Origin: Candidatus Shapirobacteria bacterium
GTDB lineage: Bacteria > Patescibacteriota > Microgenomatia > UBA12405
Length of the DNA stretch: 64,000 nucleotides
Direction of reading: 5' to 3'
Assembly (NCBI GenBank): GCA_030698565.1
Contig: JAUYJS010000005.1
Span: forward strand, 90,497-154,496
Made by a program: the position numbers and the translations under genes. Every line of letters starts with the position of its first letter. Within the stretch, counting starts at the first letter, position 1. Positions 57,552 through 64,000 of this stretch are shown here, in pieces. The notes beneath the pieces were generated by a model. The model did no database searches. It was not told the origin of the DNA and was given only the letters and a program-made list of their open reading frames with translations.

Positions 57552-58595
57552 TTATATATTATTCTGGATAACTAATTGTCCACAGGCAGCATTTAATTCT
57601 TGACCAAAGGAGCGCCGAACAGAAAAGGGCATTCTTCTGCGGGTTAATTCTGATTCAAATTCTTTAAATTTTTGTTCAGAACTGGGTTCCATTCCGTCTT
57701 TGACTGGATTTAAGGGAATTAAATTAAGATAAAAAAGTTTATTGGATCCAATGAACTCAGATACTAGATCTATGTCTTTTGGTGAGTCATTGATACCCTT
57801 CATAAGGGCATATTCAAAAAATATTTGCCGGTTTGTTTTTTGAGTATAAATCTCGCAGGCTTTTTTTAACTCGTCTAGAGAAAACATCTTGGCAACCGGC
57901 ATTATTGACTCTCTTGTTTTTTGATTTGCAGAGTGAAGAGAAACAGCTAGATTAATCTGAGTGTCTAAATTAGCAAAATCGATGATTTTATCGGCGATGC
58001 CTGAAGTTGATACACTTATTTTTCTGGCACCTAAATTTAGACCTTCGGGTGAATTTATAATTTGTAAAGCTTCAATTAAATTATCCCAATTTAAAAACGG
58101 TTCACCCATACCCATAACTACAACACGACCAACGTACGGGATTGCTTCGTCACTTTGCTCCTCGCAATGACGCTTAAATAAAACATTGTTCCAAAATAAG
58201 ACCTGATCGACAATTTCTTCGGCAGTTAAGTTTCTTTTTAAACCCATTTTGCCAGTGGCACAAAAACTACAATTCATGGGACAGCCGACCTGACTAGAAA
58301 CACAAACTGTTAACCAATCGTCGTAATCCATTAAAACTGTTTCTATTTTTTGACCGTCTTTTAATTCCAACAATGCTTTTTGAGTGTATTGATCAGAAAC
58401 AACTTTATTCTGTTTTACTGAATAAAGAGATAAATTTTTATCTAAATATTCCCGTAATTGTTTGGGCAAATCGGTCATGGAATCGAACGAGCCAAATATT
58501 CCTTTAAAGTAATTTTTTAGAATCTGATTAAAGCGAAATTTAGGTTGATTAAAATCGTCTAAGGTTTTCTGAAGAAGGTTTATATCCATTAGCAA
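57552..58595 (-). CDS. rlmN: 23S rRNA/tRNA adenine-C2 methyltransferase RlmN (radical SAM)
   Basis: CVSSQVGCPMNCSFCATG is the CxxxCxxC cluster. The C-terminal Cys is in AACGQL. Confidence 0.85.
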   Translation of the reverse strand: MLMDINLLQKTLDDFNQPKFRFNQILKNYFKGIFGSFDSMTDLPKQLREYLDKNLSLYSVKQNKVVSDQYTQKALLELKDGQKIETVLMDYDDWLTVCVSSQVGCPMNCSFCATGKMGLKRNLTAEEIVDQVLFWNNVLFKRHCEEQSDEAIPYVGRVVVMGMGEPFLNWDNLIEALQIINSPEGLNLGARKISVSTSGIADKIIDFANLDTQINLAVSLHSANQKTRESIMPVAKMFSLDELKKACEIYTQKTNRQIFFEYALMKGINDSPKDIDLVSEFIGSNKLFYLNLIPLNPVKDGMEPSSEQKFKEFESELTRRRMPFSVRRSFGQELNAACGQLVIQNNI

Positions 58596-58910
58596 TTATT
58601 TGTTGACGGCGTTGACATAGTCCTGTTTTTGGCGAAAACCGACAAGTGTGTCTACAATTTGACCATTGTCAAATAATATGACGGTAGGGATGGAGGTAAT
58701 ACTGTATTTAATAGAAATATCATTTTCTTCATCAACATTGACTTTGACAACTTTTACTTTATCTTTCAGTTCTTCACTAACTTCTTCAATAATTGGTCCG
58801 AGCATTTGGCAAGGTCCACACCAGGGCGCCCAAAAATCAACTAAAACTTTACCCTTATAATCTAATACTTCACTTTGGAATGATTGAGTAGTTACATCTG
58901 TGTTTGCCAT
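58596..58910 (-). CDS. trxA: Thioredoxin
   Basis: WAPWCGPCQ active site. 104 aa. Confidence 0.9.
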   Translation of the reverse strand: MANTDVTTQSFQSEVLDYKGKVLVDFWAPWCGPCQMLGPIIEEVSEELKDKVKVVKVNVDEENDISIKYSITSIPTVILFDNGQIVDTLVGFRQKQDYVNAVNK

Positions 58911-58935
58911 TTGTTATTTAATTTATAAATTAGTT

Positions 58936-59334
58936 TTATTTGGTTTTAACCAATTTTGCTGTGTAGATTATCTGTCTTAGAATACCGTCTGGGCCTTCAA
59001 TTTGATTGGTTCCAGATAGTGCAACATATTGAGCTAAATAATCGGATAAAGCTGTTTTGAGTTCTTTCATTTGATATTGATGTTCTTTAATTTTTTCCAT
59101 TAACTGAACATTTTCCGGTTGTTTGACAAGTCTTTCTTTGGCAACACTTTTATTTTTAGCTGTTTTTTTACATTCCTTTAGGGCTTCTTGGTATTCGTCA
59201 TCGTTTTCCAATACGGAATTAATCATTTCTTTGTATTCTCTTAGTTCTTTTTGAATTTCTTCAACGCGAACAGTTGAGGTGTTGATTAATGATTCAACGT
59301 TTAAAAGATTTAAGGCTTGGTTTTGATCAGACAT
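58936..59334 (-). CDS. Hypothetical coiled-coil protein
   Basis: 132 aa, heptad-rich, no motif. Confidence 0.35.
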   Translation of the reverse strand: MSDQNQALNLLNVESLINTSTVRVEEIQKELREYKEMINSVLENDDEYQEALKECKKTAKNKSVAKERLVKQPENVQLMEKIKEHQYQMKELKTALSDYLAQYVALSGTNQIEGPDGILRQIIYTAKLVKTK

Positions 59335-59344
59335 AAGTTTAACT

Positions 59345-60397
59345 TTAGCAATTTAAAAATTCGCATTCAAGACTCAAAAGTTCATCAACAGATTTTAGCC
59401 TGATTAAATCTGCTCGAAGATGCTTGGCGTTGGTTAATCCGCTAGTATACAAAAGGAAATGTTTTCGAAGACTATCAAAACAGCGTTTTGGAAAAACATC
59501 GGAATATGTTTGAGTGTGCAACAACATAGCAGAAAATCTTTCCTGGGGCAAAGCAGTGTAATTAGTAAACACCCATGGATTGCCCATGGCGGCTCGACCG
59601 ATCAATACTCCATTAACTCCGTATTTTTGGGCCATTTCTATGGCTTGAGATTTTGATTGAATATCGCCATTTCCCCAAATTAGAGTTTTAGTATTTTTGG
59701 CTAATTTAACAGCTAAGGCAATATTGTCCCAATCAGCGATACCAGAGTAACCTTGTTTTAAGGTACGACCATGTAGAGTAATAAAATCTAAGTCATGCGA
59801 CAAAAGGTGAGGGAACCAGGACTCAACTGTGGGCTTATCGACTCCCAATCTGGTTTTTACTGATATGGTGGGTATAATTTTTTCTCGATCTGATTTTAGA
59901 CCAGTATATTTAAGGTTTCTCTCAATTACTTTTAATGTTTTTAAATTTAAGTCAATATCTTTTATTGTAATTTTATTTTCTAACCAATCAGAAACTGCTT
60001 TTTGAACAGATTTGATAATTTTTGAGGCTAATTCTGGCTGGTTTATTAGAGCGGCGCCACTTCCGTTTTGAGTGACAGTTTTGGCTGGGCAGCCCATGTT
60101 GACATCAACACCATCAAAACCCAAATGACATAAAACTAAAGCAGCCTTATAAAAACCTTCGGGATCCTTGCCAAATAGTTGCCCAATGATCGGCCTTTCT
60201 TCAGTTTTATACAGAAGAATGTCGTAAAGTTTTACTCCACCACGAGTTAATCCCTCGGCACTAGCAAATTCAGTGAAAGTAACATCGGGCTTGGCGATTT
60301 TGGTTTGGACCAAACGAAAAGGTTCGTCGGTTATACCATCCATTGGTGAGAGGCCAACAATAAAATTATCTTTAATAAATTCTTTAAAACTTTTCAT
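59345..60397 (-). CDS. dus: tRNA-dihydrouridine synthase
   Basis: TIM-barrel FMN motifs: LSPMDGITDEPFR, a catalytic Cys region (NMGCPA) and KTRLG. Confidence 0.85.
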   Translation of the reverse strand: MKSFKEFIKDNFIVGLSPMDGITDEPFRLVQTKIAKPDVTFTEFASAEGLTRGGVKLYDILLYKTEERPIIGQLFGKDPEGFYKAALVLCHLGFDGVDVNMGCPAKTVTQNGSGAALINQPELASKIIKSVQKAVSDWLENKITIKDIDLNLKTLKVIERNLKYTGLKSDREKIIPTISVKTRLGVDKPTVESWFPHLLSHDLDFITLHGRTLKQGYSGIADWDNIALAVKLAKNTKTLIWGNGDIQSKSQAIEMAQKYGVNGVLIGRAAMGNPWVFTNYTALPQERFSAMLLHTQTYSDVFPKRCFDSLRKHFLLYTSGLTNAKHLRADLIRLKSVDELLSLECEFLNC

Positions 60398-60406
60398 TTA
60401 TAAAAA

Positions 60407-60973
60407 TTATTTCTTCTTTTTAAATCTTGTTTTACTGGCAAACTTGGCACCGATTTTGGAACCGAAATGACGAGTGACATATACGGTCTGACGCACATGC
60501 TTGGCGGAAAAATTTTTGTCAACGGGTTTGTTTTTTTTGTCACCAGAAGACTTCTCTTTATTGAATCCAAAACGCGGTTTATAGTCTTCTTTGGGCCGAT
60601 CTGGGTTTTGAGCCAGACCACTTTCCGAACTAAAACTACTTTTGTGTTTTGTTTTTTTGTAGCGTTTCTGAACAGCTTCTTCATGACGCAACCTACCCTC
60701 TTCAGTTAAATAAGGATCGGGTTGAGCGTAGTCCACAATGATATTGAGATCACCTATTCTGGTATGATGATATTTTTCTTTGGCTCTGATGGCATCGTCT
60801 AAATTTTCATATTCAACGTAGCCCATTCCCCGACTTCTACCCCAGCGATTTTTGATGATTTGCACAGAAATCACCTTACCTTCGGTAATAAATAACGAAA
60901 GAAGTTCTCCTTCTGTGGTTTTATAAGGGATACTACCTATAAATAATCTTTTTTGTGGTGTGTTATTGCTCAT
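60407..60973 (-). CDS. RRM-domain RNA-binding protein with a basic C-terminal tail
   Basis: RNP2 LFIGSIP and RNP1 RGMGYVEY, followed by a K/R-rich low-complexity tail. Confidence 0.7.
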   Translation of the reverse strand: MSNNTPQKRLFIGSIPYKTTEGELLSLFITEGKVISVQIIKNRWGRSRGMGYVEYENLDDAIRAKEKYHHTRIGDLNIIVDYAQPDPYLTEEGRLRHEEAVQKRYKKTKHKSSFSSESGLAQNPDRPKEDYKPRFGFNKEKSSGDKKNKPVDKNFSAKHVRQTVYVTRHFGSKIGAKFASKTRFKKKK

Positions 60974-61027
60974 TAAGTTGATGTATTTTACTAAAAATAT
61001 TGTAATTTTGCTTGCTACAATAAATTT

Positions 61028-61681
61028 GTGGTTAATTTTATCAAATTAATTTTAGGATCACTGCAAACTAATTGTTATCTTCTTTTTGATGATGGGACAA
61101 AAAAATGCTTTATTATCGACCCGGCAAACGAGTCGGATCTTATTAGTGAAACAATAGAATTAAAGAAATTAAAACCTGTTGGGGTTTTGCTGACACATGG
61201 TCATTTTGATCATGCGATGGCGGCAATGGATCTAAAATTAATGTATAAAATTCCTATATACGCAAATGAAAAAGATTTGTTTTTGTTAAAAAGAATTAAA
61301 AAAACGGCTGAGTTTTTTTTGAAAATGCCGGTTGAGGTTTTGGATGTTGAAAAAGTAGATATTGATTTGGAAAAATTAAGCGAAATAAATTTGGGAGAAG
61401 AAAAAATTGAAGTAATTAAAACTCCGGGTCATACATCTGGTAGTGTTTGTTTTTATTCTGCAAAGCAGAATATTTTATTTTCAGGTGATACATTATTTGC
61501 TGAAGGTTTAAGAGGTGGAACGGATCACCAATATTCATCTACAAAAGATATTTATAAAAGTATTTATAAATTAATGCAATTGCCACGAGGCACAACTGTA
61601 CTGTCTGGTCACGGAGAGGAGACAACTATTGGTTCCGAATCGGAAAGGTACGTGTTTAAGGATGAGAATAAAGAAAATTAA
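61028..61681 (+). CDS. MBL-fold metallo-hydrolase (glyoxalase II-like)
   Basis: LLTHGHFDHAM is the HxHxDH motif. A downstream His/Asp is in GHTSGS. Confidence 0.8.
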   Translation: MVNFIKLILGSLQTNCYLLFDDGTKKCFIIDPANESDLISETIELKKLKPVGVLLTHGHFDHAMAAMDLKLMYKIPIYANEKDLFLLKRIKKTAEFFLKMPVEVLDVEKVDIDLEKLSEINLGEEKIEVIKTPGHTSGSVCFYSAKQNILFSGDTLFAEGLRGGTDHQYSSTKDIYKSIYKLMQLPRGTTVLSGHGEETTIGSESERYVFKDENKEN

Positions 61682-61830
61682 CGATTTTTTTCAATTTGAT
61701 TGTAATTGAGATATAATTTTGATATTCTTGCTCGGTTAAATAGTTACCAATACTCTATTGTCCCAAAAGAACACAAGCTTTGGTAATTATCCCCGTCGTC
61801 CCGCCAGGACTAGGGGTTTTGACAATTTAA

Positions 61831-61901
61831 TACCCCGTCGTCTAACGGTAGGACAGCTGGCTCTGAACCAGCTAATTGTGGTTCGAATCCATACGGGGTA
61901 A
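61831..61901 (+). tRNA. tRNA-Gln (anticodon CUG)
   Basis: Manual fold: acceptor TACCCCG/CGGGGTA (U1-A72, as in bacterial tRNA-Gln), D-arm GTC/GAC, anticodon stem GCTGG/CCAGC with loop CTCTGAA (CUG), T-arm TGTGG-TTCGAAT-CCATA, discriminator A. Confidence 0.7.
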
Positions 61902-61943
61902 CAACATTTTAATGTTTTAATAATTTTTAGGTAAAATGAATAT

Positions 61944-62351
61944 ATGTATAAAATATCCGTAAAAGTATCACCGTCAAGTATCGAAGGGGAAGGTGTATTT
62001 ACTAATGAAGACATACCTAAAAATAATATTGTTTGGATATATAAATCAGGATATGACTTAATAATGTCAAAAGAAGATTTTAAAAAATTACCTTCCGAAG
62101 AAAAGTCTCGGATAGAAAAAATCGGATACCTTTCACCTTGGTCTAATAGATGGGTTTTCCCTCCTGAAAATGATGCTGCACAATTTACTAATCACAGTAG
62201 AAAAAATAATTTATCAACAGTTTATAATAAAAAAATTTCTGAAGAACCCTATTTTATCGCTAATAGGGATATAAGAGCAGATGAGGAACTGACTAATAAT
62301 TATTACGAGTTTGATTTATTAATTCAAAAAACCAAGCCTGATTGGGCATAA
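61944..62351 (+). CDS. Minimal SET-domain protein (putative lysine methyltransferase)
   Basis: IEGEGVFTNEDIPKNNIV is the GxG SET-N motif, AQFTNHSRKNNL the NHS motif and ADEELTNNYY the ELxxxY post-SET region. At 135 aa it is the size of viral and bacterial minimal SET proteins. Confidence 0.75.
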   Translation: MYKISVKVSPSSIEGEGVFTNEDIPKNNIVWIYKSGYDLIMSKEDFKKLPSEEKSRIEKIGYLSPWSNRWVFPPENDAAQFTNHSRKNNLSTVYNKKISEEPYFIANRDIRADEELTNNYYEFDLLIQKTKPDWA

Positions 62352-62448
62352 ATAGTTCTAATGAACTAACCATTCGACTCCAAATTTTATATTTTAATTT
62401 GAATCTCCTCTTGCGAGAATTTCCGAAACTCTACTGAGTTTTTTCCTA

Positions 62449-62471
62449 CATACGGGGTAACTATTTTAATA
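62449..62471 (+). repeat. attR-like direct repeat of the tRNA-Gln 3' end
   Basis: 13-nt exact match CATACGGGGTAAC, plus downstream ATTTTAAT shared with the tRNA flank. Confidence 0.55.
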
Positions 62472-62505
62472 AAACTCAAATTAAATATGGTAAAATCCGA
62501 ACAAT

Positions 62506-63054
62506 ATGAGTAATTTGAGGGAATATGTGAATTGGTTGCCCTTACAAGCAACAGAATATATTCCATATATAAAACCAAATGCTGGAATCCCAATAGACAA
62601 CCAAAGAATTAACTTGTCTTTACTTTGCGGAAACGAAAGAAAGATATTAAAGACTCCAGTGGATGGTGATTATAGTTTGGTTTTACAATATAAAAGTAAA
62701 GAAGGAGCTGTGGTTAGTTTTAGTACAACAGAACCGGAAAACTTGTCGGTTCTACAAATACAAGGAGCGAGAAGTAAAGAAAGTTATAGAGTTTCAATTT
62801 GTATTTTATGGATCGAACTTTTTAGTAACCAAGTAGAAAAAATGGTCACCCATGAATTAAGTCCGTTTACAAGAATTACTATGCCTAAACTTGAAGAAAT
62901 CAGTGGGTTGTATGAGACGGGAACAGAAGCGGCAATTAAAAGATACCAATACTTTGCTGATATACTTAAGTTAAGATATTCACAAAGTGAGCGTCGATAT
63001 ATGAAAGAATTAAAAACACCAGATATTGTGATTCCAGTTACGAACTGGAAGTAA
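62506..63054 (+). CDS. Hypothetical protein
   Basis: 182 aa, no motif recognised. Confidence 0.35.
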   Translation: MSNLREYVNWLPLQATEYIPYIKPNAGIPIDNQRINLSLLCGNERKILKTPVDGDYSLVLQYKSKEGAVVSFSTTEPENLSVLQIQGARSKESYRVSICILWIELFSNQVEKMVTHELSPFTRITMPKLEEISGLYETGTEAAIKRYQYFADILKLRYSQSERRYMKELKTPDIVIPVTNWK

Positions 63055-63073
63055 TAAACTATAATACTTTTAT

Positions 63074-63814
63074 ATGGAACTTAAAAACAAAGTCGCCTTA
63101 ATAACCGGTGCTTCTAAGGGAATGGGGCAATCAATAGCTGTGGCGTTAGCTAAAGAGGGGTGCTCGGTGATTATTAATTTTAAATCGGATTCTGTTTCTG
63201 CTCGGGCAGTTTTAGAAGAATGTAACAAATACTCGAATGGTAATTTAGTTTTGCAAGCTGATGTATCTAACGAAATTGAAGTCAAAACAATGTTTGAAAA
63301 AATTAAAAAGACATTCAAACATTTGGATATATTAATAAATAACGCTGGAATTTTTGACGATAACGATTCTCCTAGTAATATTGATGCTTTTGAAAACATT
63401 TATAGAAATAATTTTTTAAGCAGCATTATCGTTACAAAATACGCCTTGAAATTATTGAAAATAGGGAAAATTGTCAATATGTCTTCAATCCATGGTCGGC
63501 TCGGATACGGAAGACCAACGGCTATCAGTTATTCTGCCTTTAAAGCAGCTCTTGAAAATTACACTAAAAATTTAGCTAAAGCCCTTGCTCCTAAAATATT
63601 AGTTAATGCGATTGCTCCCGGGAGGGTAATGACTTCTATGTGGGGAAAATTAAATAACAAAGAACAGCAAGAACTAGGAAAGGCACATTTAATTAAAAGA
63701 ATGATTAAGCCAGACGAAATATCGAATGGTGTTGTTTTTATATTAAAGAATGATGCGATTTGTGGAGAAATTTTGACCATAGACGGTGGATATAGTTTGC
63801 TAACATTAGATTAG
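63074..63814 (+). CDS. Short-chain dehydrogenase/reductase (FabG-like SDR)
   Basis: TGASKGMGQSIA is the TGxxxGxG motif. NNAG and the catalytic YSAFK (YxxxK) are also present. Confidence 0.85.
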   Translation: MELKNKVALITGASKGMGQSIAVALAKEGCSVIINFKSDSVSARAVLEECNKYSNGNLVLQADVSNEIEVKTMFEKIKKTFKHLDILINNAGIFDDNDSPSNIDAFENIYRNNFLSSIIVTKYALKLLKIGKIVNMSSIHGRLGYGRPTAISYSAFKAALENYTKNLAKALAPKILVNAIAPGRVMTSMWGKLNNKEQQELGKAHLIKRMIKPDEISNGVVFILKNDAICGEILTIDGGYSLLTLD

Positions 63815-63829
63815 GTCTGTTTAAATAAT

Positions 63830-64000
63830 ATGAAAATAAACGATAAAATTTATGGTGATATCGAGATAAAGAGCAAGGTAATAATTGATTTAATAAACAC
63901 TCCAGCATTCCAAAGATTGAAAAAAATTAGCCAAGACGGCGCACCGCATTATATTCAGCCAGTAAGAAATGTCTCGAGGTACGAACACTCAATTGGAGTA
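63830..64000 (+). CDS. Partial CDS (N-terminus): HD-domain phosphohydrolase, dNTP triphosphohydrolase-like
   Basis: MKINDKIYGDIEI...LINTPAFQRLKKISQDG...RYEHSIGV matches the N-terminal motif of HD superfamily dGTPase-like proteins. It runs off the window end. Confidence 0.6.
   Translation, partial: MKINDKIYGDIEIKSKVIIDLINTPAFQRLKKISQDGAPHYIQPVRNVSRYEHSIGV

Larger units (their letters stand above)
61902..62471 (+). mobile_element. Mini-islet downstream of tRNA-Gln carrying a single SET-domain gene, bounded by a direct repeat of the tRNA 3' end
   Basis: CATACGGGGTAAC is shared by the tRNA 3' end (61889-61901) and 62449-62461. The similarity extends to ATTTTAAT just beyond both copies. A second partial copy of the tRNA 5' end (CCCCGTCGTC) lies at 61790-61799, upstream of the tRNA. 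Confidence 0.4.

Noticed and set aside
61788-61825. Second tRNA gene or tRNA pseudogene immediately upstream of tRNA-Gln
   Set aside because: Only the first 10 nt (CCCCGTCGTC) match the tRNA-Gln 5' end and no cloverleaf can be drawn. It is treated as a recombination scar or hairpin and mentioned under the SET islet finding.
1-64000. rRNA genes, transposases, integrases and group I/II introns
   Set aside because: No stretch resembles rRNA, no DDE or tyrosine-recombinase motif was seen in any frame, and no long non-coding GC-rich structured segment is present.

Overview
This is a low-GC (about 30%) bacterial chromosomal window with short intergenic spacers, many 4-30 nt gene overlaps and mostly housekeeping genes. 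By inference it resembles a Patescibacteria/CPR-type genome: archaeal-type TyrRS, an RRM protein, a sortase, paired GT2/GT-C glycosylation genes and a short Obg.

Recognisable content, in window order:
- An envelope glycosylation cluster: the N-terminus of a Wzx-like flippase, three GT-C-type membrane glycosyltransferases and two DPM1-like GT2 enzymes.
- A DUF11 surface protein with an IPKTG sortase sorting signal; a sortase lies elsewhere in the window.
- An ftsE-ftsX operon followed by a secreted coiled-coil plus papain-like (C39_2-like) hydrolase, arranged like PcsB.
- An LCP-family protein, prfB (contiguous RF2, no frameshift), a cyclophilin lipoprotein, a thioredoxin-fold protein and a PHP phosphoesterase.
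- typA, a HIT protein, nrnA, secA, serS, a GNAT, an HD hydrolase, lysS and greA.
- Archaeal-type tyrS, then uvrB-uvrA-uvrC, a CAP/SCP protein and comM-yraN-dprA.
- tRNA-Glu(CUC), an FKBP, folC-folA, an M29 aminopeptidase, a phosphohexomutase, a CsaA-like tRNA-binding protein, argS and lon.
- era, obg, rlmN, trxA, dus, an MBL hydrolase, tRNA-Gln(CUG), an SDR and an HD phosphohydrolase (partial).

The most interesting signal is a recurring pattern of three very small, integrase-less islets. Each is bounded by a direct repeat of the 3' end of a host gene and carries auxiliary cargo:
- tRNA-Glu: a Fic/Doc AMPylator with an intact HPFIDGNGRIGR motif and an N-terminal SxxxEN inhibitory motif, driven by a perfect TTGACA-17-TATAAT promoter that looks leaderless.
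- tRNA-Gln: a minimal SET-domain methyltransferase.
- secA 3' end: a 1.6 kb patch with a MerR/excisionase-type HTH, iteron-like repeats, a DUF167 protein, a minimal nucleotidyltransferase and a DUF4325 protein.

Other points worth a second look are the FtsEX-coupled cysteine-peptidase hydrolase, a compositionally atypical orphan gene (26498-26980), an unknown 388-aa gene abutting the Fic islet, and a GNAT three-gene cassette. No rRNA, CRISPR array or transposase is visible.
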